Shown here: positions 25,844 to 39,072 of the stretch, piece by piece
Numbering within the stretch: the first letter of the stretch is position 1
Layout: each line of letters opens with the position of its first letter
DNA from: Bugula neritina
Taxonomy: Eukaryota > Animalia > Bryozoa
Length of the DNA stretch: 64,000 bases
NCBI GenBank assembly: GCA_964035545.1
Contig: OZ037766.1
Coordinates: forward strand, 7,120,722-7,184,721
Reading direction: 5' to 3'
The notes under the pieces: model-generated
Databases searched by the model: none
What the model was told of the DNA's origin: nothing
What the model saw: the letters and a program-made list of their open reading frames with translations, nothing else
Program-made: the position numbers and the translations under genes

Positions 25844-27670
25844 CTTAAGAAAGATGACTCGCAACTGATCAAAGTTACTAGCAGTTATTCATCAAGTAAT
25901 GGCTGGTCGAACTAAAGTATGACAACTCTAACATAATAAAACAGATGAGTTCTACTGGTAGAGGAGTAAATAACACTTTTAGATATTAATGAGAGGAAAT
26001 CTACAGCTACCTGTATTTTATATTGTTTTACATTTACTAACACTTGAGTTGCGCTTGATTACAATCAAATATGGCTATGATTTCTGACAGGCCCTTGGTG
26101 AGGTCACGAAGAGCATTCAGTCAGAGTTACTCCTGTGACTCATTGAAAGTCCTCAGGCTATGTTGTAAATCTAGCTTGAGGGAAGGTCTATTGTTTGCTT
26201 AAAAGCATGTACTGTGTTACAGAAACTGTGGCTCTATGCAGTCATGATTAATTGTAGTGAAAAGCAGTAAATCTTTAGATCTGAACAGATAGTAAAGTTA
26301 TCTAGTCAAATTAATTTTTTTAAATACAATTAACATTTGCATCATATATATTATTAATATTATTTCAGTGGTTGAGAATAGAAAATAAAATGAAAATAAT
26401 TATACGTATTTCTGTATTTAAAGGGTGTATTTAGAAGAGATCCTGTTTGAGTTTGCTGGTCACATGACTTACAACCTATATACATAAAATACAGTGAGAT
26501 CTTCACCATTGTTAATCTGACATTGATATATCTATGTTGGATGTAGTTGGCAGCATATTTCATTTTCTCTCCAGTGATTATCTAACTAATTTGTGGGACG
26601 TTTATTAATAATAGTTTAATACTGTTAGACAAATAGCAGCACAGAATGAGCAGCATGGGAAACATGACTCACTCACTAGACTGTAGAATACTGACATCAT
26701 GTGATAACAAGTGGAATATAGTGGATATACTGTCACACTGATGAATCATATATATATATGTTCGTGCGCGTGTGTGTGGCTACGCGCGCATACACCCACA
26801 TATTATATTTATTACTACTGTAGTACTTATGAATAATAACATATAATATTAGGCTACTAATGTTATACTGCATGCAGTAGGTTACTAAGAATATAGTAAT
26901 ACTAAACATGTATAAATATAAGAACATTATACAATGTGCATGATCACATACAACTGCATATGTATGTTATATACAATATACTTAACAACTCACCACTACT
27001 GTCATTAACCTAACTTTCCCAACAGATACATTTGATCAGCGTATACAGTTATCTCCTCCAGTACTAGTACATCTATTTGACAGAGTTATTTTCTCCATTA
27101 CCAGTAGGGTTGTATTATTAGAAAAGGGTTTTCTACCACTAAATCCTATCAGAAGGCTGTAACGCATGGAATGCTATATAGTTATATAATTCTATTCATT
27201 GACCATGTAACTTATATAATAATAGGCTGTATATGTTCATATATGAATAGCAATAGCAATAATCAAATACATTCATTAAACTTTTCTTACTGGCAGATAT
27301 ACCCAGTGTAAATGCATGACTCCATAACTTGATTGGAGTTGTCATATGCTGGTGCAGAGTGAACGTAGCGCTTGTGAGTATACTGTAGGTGAAGCTGCTT
27401 ATTTAAAATCATTTTGTAAAAAAAAATTATAGTTTCCATCATTAATTCCACATATACACAACTGTTGAAGGCAATGGGTTATTAAAGGAAATGGGTATTA
27501 GCTGTTGAGTGTACCGGACACCAACAAGAAAATGCATTAGTTCTCCTAGTTTTGGCCACTAGTTATTGTGGTTAATAAAGTAGTGTATGTACAAATTTTT
27601 AGAAGAGTCTAAAATTATAGCTCTAAGCTCGCTTTCATTCAAACTCCGCCATAAGTAGAGTTATATATAT

Positions 27671-27710
<40 letters not shown>

Positions 27711-27723
27711 TTATATATATATA

Positions 27724-27915
27724 GGGAGCAGCCGTGGTCTAGGGGTTAGAGCGTTTGCCTAGTAAACACGCAGGTCATGGGTTCGAGCCCTGACAAAGGC
27801 CATTGGTGATGTTAGGAAGAGCATCCAGTCATAATTGCTCCCGTGCCTCATTTAAATAAGTCCTTAGCCCGCTTTAACAAAAACCTTCTCACAGGGATAG
27901 TGACTATAAACTTGC
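27724..27915 (+). mobile_element. tRNA-derived SINE, family A
   Basis: Intact A-box-like (tggtctaggggtt) and B-box (ggttcgagccc) motifs. Flanked by (TA)n tracts. Confidence 0.85.
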
Positions 27916-27923
27916 GTGAGTTT

Positions 27924-28116
<193 letters not shown>

Positions 28117-29042
28117 GAAACTAAATGAGATTTGATTAATATAATGACATTTATTACTATTAGTTTCGTACACATTTTGGTCAAAAACCTAGCGTTATTG
28201 TATGTTAATTATCAATACAATAAGGTTTTGCAAACTGTACACCACCATAAGTAACCTTTTATGTTTGATTGTACTAACGTTTGGCTTTACAATTAATCAT
28301 CTTCTATAAGTTAACACATATTAAACCTGTCAAATTTGTTCTTTTGGGGTATATTTCCTTGGTGTATCTAGTGGAAGCTCAGGGGTTTTATTTTAAAACC
28401 AAGTTAACATACTCTTCTTGGATGTGCTTTATTGTGTGTAAGGAGGTGTGGTGATATCTCCTTATGGATTAGACTAGTACTCTAATAAGCTCCAAATAGG
28501 TTTTCAACCAATTTCTGCTTGCCAATGAGTTATCAATTCAAATTGCTCTTTATAAATAACCAACACACATTTTCTGATTAGCAATCTTCCTCTGTTCTGA
28601 TATATTATTCTTTTTCTGTGCACGGCAGTGTATTAGTTATTTAAAGTAATCAGGTTGCAGTTGGAGAGCACTTGTTACATGCTTCTATCCTTCCATCTTT
28701 TTGAGATATTCAGCAATTTTTCTGTACAGGTTGGACTTAGTGTCAGAACAAACCTAAGTGCAGTTGAGTAAGACTACATTACATTACATTACATTCAACA
28801 GGTATGGGACAAGACTGAATATTTATATAGTTTGCAGCAATGCCCAGTCGTCATGTATCTGGTGTGGTATGAAAATAATAGCGAGGTACACATTTCAAAA
28901 CGGATTTTTTTCAGACGAGTTATGATTCACAATGGCTTTAAATTGCATAAGTTTGCATCAAAAGCGCTGGGGGGCGGGGGCTTCGGCCTCCTGGAACCCC
29001 GGCCTGAGAGTATGGCCTAGATTATTTTTGCCACTACATCTC

Positions 29043-29123
<81 letters not shown>

Positions 29124-30234
29124 TCTTCTACATGACCAAGACACAATCTGATTGGCTACTCAATACCAACTAATACGCAATAAAAGGATGTAAGTATCAA
29201 CTCACTGGCTTTGTGAGTAGAGGTTTCAAAGACTTTTGGATGTGCACCAGAGTTATACTACCTTGGTGTATAAAGCCAACTTTTTATGTGCAATATTACT
29301 ATAACTATAATAAACATTGTTTGATGAACATAACTTATAGCATCTAAATAACTTTGTCAACTCCGCTATAGCTGCATGATTTTTATGGTTGTACTAAAAA
29401 TCCAATTTACTAACTGCACAGTATACTAAAATTTCCATTATATGGCTACATTCCAAGTTGGCTAACTGCCCTTAGATTAGTTATACCAAGCTAATGAAAT
29501 ATAGATGTAATCTAGGGCAAAGGGTAAAGTATGTTTCCATAACCCAGTGCACTTTGACATTGCTAGCTCATGCAGTTTCCTTTAAGTTAGTAGAGCACAT
29601 ACAGCCTTGCATGTATGATGTATGTATATGTATAACCAACACCAACATTTACAACTTGACTGAAGACATATATGGGGTAAGATACAGCATTGAATCACCT
29701 GGTGTTACTACCAAATACTACCGTTAATACAGTAATGATTGAAGAACTTATTACTTCACAACTATTGGTGGTAATTCAGCTACTGTATTACTATTGATAG
29801 TCATTGCTATACAAAACTAGCTAGTTTAGCAGTTTACCAGCATGCTATATAAATATAAATAATATAGAATCACATTAATAATAGTATAGGTATAATTTAA
29901 TATTGAGTAAAGAAAGGTATAAGCATTGCTGTAGTATATAGGATCATCGTAGTGCAATGTAAATGCATACCAATTCACTTTAAATAGCATGACTGAGTAC
30001 ACACTGGCAGGTTTCTTGCAGCCTGCTCATGCTGCTGCTGCTGCTGCCCATGTCTCTGTGTCTCTGCTGCATTGCAAATCACCTGCAATATGGGCATGCT
30101 AATATTCTTTTTCGATATGCTCTTGTTTATTATAGGTTTATATATAACTGCAAGCCATGCAGCTTCAGATACTATCTTAAAACTGTAACAGGCAAAATTA
30201 ATTTGCAGAAAGGCTACCATCATAAAGCCTAATT

Positions 30235-33200
30235 ATGGGAGACTGTGGGAGCTACTCGTCTCTGTCTTTGCTTGATTCTTTGGAGGCCAGGCTAAAGTGT
30301 GGCAAATGTAAAGAAGACAAAGATGATCTAAGACCACTGCCTTGTTGCCATCAGCTATACTATTGTCTTGAGTGCATAGGTAAACTAAATGCATTATTAA
30401 AATAAAGTAACTTCCAGGACATTTTCTATCACAATTATTATATAGCTGCAAAGCAAATTAGTAATTTGATTTTGCTAGCGTTTTTGAGAGATTATTGAGA
30501 ATGCCTTCTGAATAAACCTTTTTGCAATTTTTTTCTTATAAATTATAATTTAATAGCATTAAATATTGATTATAAGTCTTGTAAAAAGTATTGGGTCATG
30601 AGCTCTTATATAATTTCCCCCCACATGTAAATTATTCATAAAAGCTATACAAACTAATTAGTCAGTAGAAGAATACAAAGCTCTACGAAATTAAATTTCG
30701 TAGTAGTGCCTGGAGTCTTATGAGTTGACGTTATATAATATTTATTATAATAAATCAATATTACAGTATTTTAACTCTATTAGTTATATAATCCCATGAG
30801 GCAATTAATTACATAGTTTTTCTCAAGCAACGTCATATTGTGTATGCTTTTTGGTCAGCTATTATCTTTAATAGAAGCAACTCTTATGCTATGCACTTTA
30901 ATAAAAAAACAACACATTATTTCTTATTAGGCTCAATTTCTAATGTTTTGTTTGGGCTAAAAAACAATTAGTCACATTGAAGTTTTTGCTGCAATTATGT
31001 TATAGAACTAAAGCGTTGTGTAGACACCTCTTTGTACATTATTGAAGTAGTATTTGTACATTGACTGTTGCTTCATTCCTTATTTCAGTGTTTCAACATA
31101 CTGTCATCATTATGAGCTAAATAATTTTAGAAGACATCTGCAAAACAGATGAAGCTACCAAATGTTCTAATTGTTCTCAGTTTTTGGCAAAGAAGCTGGA
31201 AGATTATTTAGAGTGCAAGTTGGCAAAATACTTGAAGAGATGCACAGTTAGAATAAGAGAGAAGGTGACCGCAGGTATATTTTCTAATCCTTTTATATGA
31301 TAGTAACAGTCTGTAGGCTCCATAGAGTTTAGAGCCTGTATATAGGCTATATACCGCTTCTCAGCCAAAAGCGGAGGTGCCAGATATAAAGTTTCTGTCC
31401 GATAGAATAGGTGTATTAGCTTATTCACACGGTCAACGAATTGAACGAATAGCGGACCAAAATGGCATGCCGAATGCGAATTTTGTTAGTTTTGGACCAC
31501 ATGACCGGGCCACTGCGTCAATTACGCCAAACTAGCGTCCTCTGATTGGTCTGACAATAGAAGAGTTTTTTCGTTTTGGATCACGTGATAGACTTTTCAA
31601 AAAACAAACTCTTCTACTGTCAGACCAATCAAAGGACGCTAGTTTGGCGTAATTGACGCAGTGGCCCGGTCATGTGGTCCAAAACTAACAAAATTCGCAT
31701 TCGGCATGCCATTTTGGTCCGCTATTCGTCCAATTCGTTGACCGTCTGAATAAGCAACAACCTATAAATACTACACAAACAGCTACAAGTATTTCGCAGC
31801 AGATTTCGAAAATTATTAGTAGCATTTTGGCATGCAAAAAAATCATCTCTTGATTAAATACTGGTTTGTGACTTTGTTTTTTATTCCCTGAATTTGCTTA
31901 GGTTGCATATAATGCATCTAGAATACGGTAGTGAGATGCAGTATCATTAAGAATCAGTTTAGTTAAATTTAATAATGAATTAAAGTAAACAAGAAAGGCA
32001 TCAGTCAAAAAGTGTCCAGTATAAAGTAGGGTATAAGTTTGAGTTAGTTACAGATATAACACAATACAACAGAAGTGATAAATTCACGTTTGATCAAAAT
32101 CACCTCTATGAACACAATCAACATTTCACCTGTGGCAAGTAGTTTTTGTGTGTGGAAAACCCTTTAAAGTTAATAAATAGGTAGATAGTAAATCTTTACA
32201 TAAATTATAATGTTGTGTAGAAGCGAAGATTATGAAATGCCAAGTTAAAAACTGTGGAAGATTAATGGATTTTTGCTGCAGACGCTGCAAAATGTTTCTC
32301 TGTTTCAGGTATGCAAATATACTTTTAAATAAATTGAAACTTTACATACTATAGTAAGATAGTAGTATAATTTATGCAAATTAGTCAAATTTTATGTAGG
32401 AATGTAAAGAAAAATGCTAAAAGAAAATAATTAAAAGTCATTATAGTTTATTAGAAGTGGGAGCAGCCGTGGTCTAGGGGGTTAGAGCGTTTGCCTAGTA
32501 AACACGAGGGCATGGGTTCGAGCCCGGACAAAGGCCATTGGTGATGTTAGGAAGAGCATTCAGTCATAATTGCTCCCGTGCCTCATTTAATAAAGTCCTT
32601 AGCCCGCTTTAACAAAAACCCTTTCCATCAGGGGTTTCTCACATGGATTGCTACTATAAACTTGCTAGAGCTTTTTTGTAGTTTATTAAAGAGAATAGGA
32701 ATGCGCTGTACGTTAATGTGGTTGATATTGTTGTGGAATTATGCTTATCATGTAATTTTTACTGATGTTGCCCGAAATCGGCATTTTGGACTTCCGAATT
32801 CGAACAACAAAAGAATCGTTTTCTTTTGTTCCATGTATATAAAAGCAAGCGAGTTCCAGTGTAGTTCAGTCTACTACTGGAGCTTGCTTGTGGAGGACCT
32901 CTATTTTTGATCATCAATAAAGATTGCTACTATCAACGAATACATCATTTCTTGTTCTCTCTTACAAAGAGATATGTTTCACACTTAAGTTGCATTCGAC
33001 CCACAAGTTCATCACAATATAGTATAAATATTACAATTGACAGCAATTTATAATGTTATCTATAATGTGCCTGTAAAGCATAGAAATAAAATTAGCATCA
33101 ATAAACAAACTTGAATTTTTCATCAAAATACCGTGTTACATAAACAACCTACATTTTAGAATTAAAAGGCTAACGCAGCACTTTTTAACTTAATTTTAAT

Positions 33201-35550
33201 ACATTCAGGTGCAAAGACCAGAATTGTCAGACAGAAAATGATCAGCATGATTCTGTGGATGTAAGGGATTGTGTAGTGGAGAGTAGAGAAACTCTTCAAC
33301 TTTGGAGAGAATCAAAGTTACAGAAAATATTGACTTTGAAATCCAAGGTAAGTTGTTAATCTCTGCAGACATGCTTCAGCTTCACAAACAAAGTAGACTT
33401 GATTTTTTTAATGTGTGGCTATTATTCCTTGTTGACAATACTGCTTCATTTAATGTTGTCCTGTTTATAGCTTAGAAAACTGTCTCTAATTTTAGTGTTT
33501 TATACCTGAGCAATTTCTTAATTGAAGTTAAAGTGCTGTTTGGCTTATTCATTACTTGTGTAAATGTCACAAATGGTTGGTTTATTCGGTTACATGCAAG
33601 CTATGGTTTGCTTTAGTTTATTTTGCTTGCTAAACATAATAGTATATATAAAAAATTATGATGTCCTGATTAATAGGTTGGGCATAAGTAATATTATAAT
33701 AGCCACTCATTAACATTATTTTTCTGTTGATTTTAAGTCCAAAGCAATGAGGTTTCCCAAACAAATCCAGGATGCATGTTTTTGCTTATTGTAATACTGT
33801 GCATATTTTGTATTAATCCTTTACTTTAATTTCCTTTTTTGCAATTTATGAACATATGTCTGTTGCAAATTTAGTTTGCTTAAAATGTTGAAAGCTAGTC
33901 CCCATCTGTTATTTTGCCTTTTTATATGTGTTTCTATATACAGCGTATTACTTTGTTCAAAATTTATAACAAAAAGGTACTTGCTGTACTCATTCAGAGG
34001 CAAGAGATCCTTGATGATGCAAGGCAAGCTGCACGGCAACTATTACAAGTAGTTCAGGACGAGGCAATTCCACAGGCAATAGAAAGAGCAGCAGCAGCAA
34101 TTACAGCGGCTAACAATGATCTTAAGGCCATTGAAGTAGAAATTGAACAAGAGTCACACAATAAAGATCTAATGGAAAACTTAAAAGAAAACATAACAGA
34201 TGATGAAATTGAGATTATACAGTTTGTAGACCGGCTGCAAATATTTGGTAAGCTTTTTGCTAAAGTTATTTCAATACAAAATAAAATGAGAAGTTGAAAA
34301 ATGCTTTTTGAACAACAATCATTAAAATATGACTTATATTCACCATTATTGTTTTAACTGTAGTGCTGAGTTAACCCAGTAGCCCCTGCGGTGTAATTGG
34401 TTAGGGCGCCTGCTTGCAAGCCGGTGGCCTGTGGTTCGAATCCCGGTGGGCGCAATTATTTTACATAACCTGTATTTGAACAGTTATCTATGGATCTGGT
34501 ACTGACTATTGTAAAGCAAAAATGTGCAGACTGTATAGTATTTTTATCTTTTCCAGGATTATCTGTTTCTTGAAGCTTGTTTGTGTTTATTCTAATAATT
34601 AAATGCCCCATACCCATATTATAACAGTATATTCACATTAGCATATTATTCTTTTAGAGCAGACCTCACATCTCACTCTCGGAGAATATGAAGCTGTGGT
34701 AGCTGATAAAGATTGCTATGATATGTCTGTCAGTGCAGCCGGCCACCTTGTAGTTGCAAGGGTAGGTGGTTTGGATATACTCGACATTACGAGTGGAGCA
34801 ACAATAAAGTCTGTCCATTTTGGAGAAGGGAAACATGGCTTTACTGTTGAGCCTTACAAAGACCTCTTAATTGTTGGTGTCTCTACTAGAAGTGAAGGAA
34901 GAATTACCCGCAAAGAAGTTGTAAAATACAATTTGGAATATGAAGAAATTGGACGATGGGAAATTTCAAGCAACAGTCTTGATCTAGCTGTTGTTGATAA
35001 CCGGGTTTATATATCTGTAGATGACCCTCATGACTCGGGCGACATAAAAGTGTTTTCACTAAATGGTCAGCAACACCCTGACATTATTTGGAATGGTGAG
35101 ACTGTTGGTATAACTAGTATACCACCATGCTCTATTTCCTTTGGAGATATAATTAATAAAAAGATTTACAAGCAACAGATCACAGATGGAAAAAAAGGAA
35201 TTACATGGTCTTCACCTGCCCCAATACCTCACTGCATGTGCATAGATCAAAGTGGTCTCATCTGGGTTCGCTCTAATAGAAATGACAGCATCACAATTCT
35301 ATCTCGACACGGTAGGTCGACACTTATTATACACACTTTTAGACGTCATGCAAAAACAAATAGATATGAACGATACATCACCATGTTGTAGATAATTACC
35401 TAACAAATCTAATATGTTTTAGGAGATTTGCTGCAAGAAATTCAAGATGATAAACTAACTAAACTAGGAGTGATAACAGACCTCTGTGTACACGAAGGAT
35501 ATCTCTACACTTCACATCATGATGGTGTTGGAAAATTCAAGCTTAACTAA
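30235..35550 (+). CDS. TRIM-NHL-type E3 ubiquitin ligase-like protein 2 (about 515 aa)
   Basis: Exons 30235-30379, 31131-31274, 32221-32308, 33209-33347, 33998-34247, 34658-35311 and 35423-35550, with the same exon number and phases as gene 1. RING: CGKC...LPCCHQLYYCLEC...CSNC. B-box-like: CQVKNC...FCCRRCKMFLCFRC. Confidence 0.85.
31419..31755. mobile_element. Palindromic MITE (337 bp, about 150-bp arms) in TRIM gene 2 intron 2
   Basis: gcttattcacacggtcaacgaattg... / ...caattcgttgaccgtctgaataagc. The arms are near-perfect reverse complements and GC-richer than the flanks. Confidence 0.8.
32459..32665 (+). mobile_element. tRNA-derived SINE, family A
   Basis: Same head, core and tail as 27724-27915. 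Confidence 0.85.
34382..34460 (+). mobile_element. tRNA(Ala-TGC)-like SINE head or tRNA pseudogene, family B
   Basis: Has an A-box-like ggtgtaattggtt, a ttgcaa loop and a B-box ggttcgaatcc, but the stems are mismatched. Degenerate relatives lie at about 2655-2734 and 36320-36407. Confidence 0.55.
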
Positions 35551-36955
35551 TCTTCTTACGGTATTGGGATGAAACAAGTTTTAGATATTCTTATTTTCTC
35601 TGTATCAAACAATTCAATTAATATAATATTATCATAATGCTACCATGTGTTTAACTAAGTTGAATGTATAACTATAAGGAAAAATTCATTAGACCTTTCA
35701 ATAAACTTATGATTAATATTTTTAATTAAAAAATATTAATGTAAGCCTCCAATAAAAAACTTGTTCTTGCGGCTGATATATTATATATAGGCTATTATAA
35801 TTTTAAGAGTGCTTTGTTTGTGATCCACTATGTTATATAGCTGTTATACTATTTGTTATATCACATGAATTTTAAAACTACTAGATGCATCGTAATTATT
35901 TTGTTATATAATAAAGTACTCATCACCGAAGCTATTAGGGTGCATTTTATCTTGTCTTATGAACCAAAGCTATAACTACAACTTGCAGGGCTTTTATGTA
36001 CAATTTCAATACTGCAGCCAGCAAACTGAAATACAATACTAATTGATATCATGTAGTTGTACTCACAGTAATATAGCCTTATGGTGATAAAGGTTTAGAG
36101 TTTAGATGTTATGAATTCGCACCAATTGATGCTATTTCATACTAAATTGTTTAGAAACTTGCAGATTTAATTTGCCTAATGCTACGCAATCAACTCAAGT
36201 TCCTTTGCAAATGCTATAAACATTTTCACATATATAGCTATTAAAGTTTTAACTGTTGGTTATAAGGTTGAGTCCAGATAAACTAGTTTTACCTTAGATG
36301 TTATATCTGTATCATTGAGTTCCCCAGTAGCCTATTTACTGTTATGGTTGGCACACTAGCCTGCAAACTGGAGGTCTGCAGTTCAATTTTCGGTAGGGGC
36401 AATTATTCTACAACATCCCACTGCTGAACCTCGTACTCAATTATCTGTTTTTGAACCCACTGCTAGAACTGCAAAATGACCCCACATGAAGTTTTCTGTT
36501 TATATGCTTATTCTGTACCATTTTTGCCTACACATTTCATGGATAACACACTTTGACTATAACTGTTGCAACTACAAAAATACAATTAGCTCAACTCTGA
36601 GTGTTTTAGCCTGCTGTCAGAGTCATTCATGAGTCAAAATACTGCGTAGTATGTGTGCTTGGAACACCAATTAGTAGCACATATATATTTTTAAGCGAAA
36701 AGATTGCATGACTGTTCAAAAGTGACAAAAATATGACAATAGAAATTAATTTGATTGCTTTCAACTATAATATAATATCTAAATAATGTGATTGTGCACC
36801 GTTATAGTATTTCAAATCATAAAAACAAATATTTAAAAAAATGCTATGCATTTGTTAGCAAAAGTAATGCATGCTTTCATATTTTCCCTACTGCAGAATT
36901 TTCATCACAAATATGCTGGGTATTTCACAGCTGTCCCATTCATTGCTAAGGTTGC

Positions 36956-39072
36956 TCATAACCTTTTCATCCAAATGCCAACTGTTATTTGAGGATTCCC
37001 ACAGTTTTTAAAACTTGGATAACGATTCACTAAATCAAACTCATAAAGTAATTTAAAGTCGAATTTCTGAAATAATCTATATGTTTGTTTGTTAGTGCTC
37101 TCCCCTACTATGGCTTCATATGCCCCCTTGCAGGCCTGTACTTGCTCCACTCCTTCTTGATAAAGTCGGCTCATCACCTTCTGGTTGGTGTAATCAGGAC
37201 CAGTGCAACCTATTTGTGCTTTCATAATTTGTTTATACCTGTAAAATATAATAGTACATAACATTGAATTTTTGAAAATTAACTCATCTTTTAAATACAC
37301 GAGACACTCTGAAAATAATGAACAGGTCACGAACCTGTAATCAGCAAATATAGATGACATGGAAAGGTAGTGCTTATAGTGCTCTAAATCCTGTATGGGC
37401 TGAAGACACTGTTTGTCCCAGGAGTAGTTACTGTATGGTATGGGAGGTCCACAATTCTCCAATGCTTGATTTACATGAAACGTGTGGTTCAGTATAAAAC
37501 CTGCTGCCTGCAAAAGATTATCATAAAACATAAGAAAATAGAAGCTAAGAACTTCTTGATTTCTTATTTTTACATGAACAGTAGCCATATTTAGATAGCA
37601 AGGCTATGCTCCATATTCTCCTGCGATTTCATGAGAATAGAAGTTATGACTACTAGAAAAATAGGGTCAACCTATACAAATGTCTCAAAACATTAACTTT
37701 CAACTGCAGGTTCTACTAACCTTATTTCTATGAGTGTCCCATGCTAGTATACATGGGCTATCATCATATGCTAAGCTATCCTTCAAAAGTCCTTTTAGCA
37801 TTATTTTACCATCATCTGTCCTAAAAGCGCCAATATTGGATGTTACCGGCGCGTTAGCGAAAAAATAGAGCCATAAATCTAATAACTTTTCCCACTTTTC
37901 CAATTTGTCATGTACAACCTTGAAAAGCCATAAACCAATCAATATGGTTACAGGTGCTTCACAAGTTACTCTCTTTTATGATGTTACAGCTTGCTAGATT
38001 TACAATTTATATATGACTTCAAGAAGTGTATGTGGTTGCAATTATTATTTATGTTATTGTATAAATCTGTATTATTCTATTGCATGCATAAACTATAATT
38101 TGACAACATAAATGTAATATACAAATAAATTAGCAAAATAATTTCAAGGTTTTTGGTACTAGTAAAATTACCACTTTGTAATACGAGTGTAGAGATGAAA
38201 AACTTGTGCACCAAAAATATTCACTTTATCCTATTCAATAAGTTCAAATCATTGATTAACTTAGCAAGTACCAGCATGTAAGCGATTTTACAAGTGTTCT
38301 AACAAAATTAGTGAGCAGCACAAAAATAATATTGTCAATATTACTTAAAAAATTCATTTATGTACATAATTTTACTAATTTTGAAACCATATTAACTAAA
38401 CTTGGGCTATTGGCTAATATTACAATTTAAAATCTAGCACATGTTGAAATTCAAGTGCAAATGTTACTTGAATGATGACTGATGACCATAGATAAAACCC
38501 AAATAGCTGTAAAAAGTGGGAGACTAACAGCTCCCAGTTGAAGTCAGATTGTACCTTAGCTGAGAACTCAACTAAATCGTAGTCAAACTATCATACTGGC
38601 AATGATAGTCACGATACTGATTATACAAAGTTTATTTCATCTTCTTCTAAACATGAATTTTTCAATTTAGTGAAGTTATTTACACTTACAAATGCTAGTT
38701 TTCATAATTGCAAAACAGCTAATAATGTAAGTTGGTTTTCATTGTGCTGAAATGTAAAATTTCTATCTTACACTCCAAAACTTGATATACATTTTTTGTA
38801 ACGACATTTAGAAAAAAAATCATTTTGAGAAAAACAATTATTTAGAATATGAGTCTATCACCAAAACATCTACATATAGAATGAACAGTGTATATTAATT
38901 ATGATATGAAACAAGTTTGAAGATGTTTTACCTCAATTTTTATGTTGTCACATGACTGCAGTGTTGAATATGGGTATCTTTTAGGCAATAGTTTTGCCCA
39001 TGACACAGCACAAGATTGAGTCAAAGAGTGTTTAATTAGTGATAGACTAAGAACAGCTCTTCGAATATTCAT
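36956..39072 (-). CDS. GNAT N-acyltransferase, insect AANAT-like, paralog A (264 aa)
   Basis: Exons 39072-38932, 37918-37721, 37507-37335 and 37238-36956. Motifs FFANAPV, DDSPCILAWD, AAGFILN and AIVGESTNKQTYRLFQKFDF. Same intron phases as paralogs B, C and E. Confidence 0.75.

Noticed and set aside
34382-34454. Functional tRNA-Ala gene
   Set aside because: The acceptor, D, anticodon and T stems all contain mismatches, and degenerate dispersed relatives indicate a SINE or pseudogene.
36956-37588. Single 210-aa ORF as a complete protein
   Set aside because: It reads through a stop-free 96-nt intron (37239-37334) whose position and phase match intron 3 of the paralogs. Its N-terminus is also intronic.
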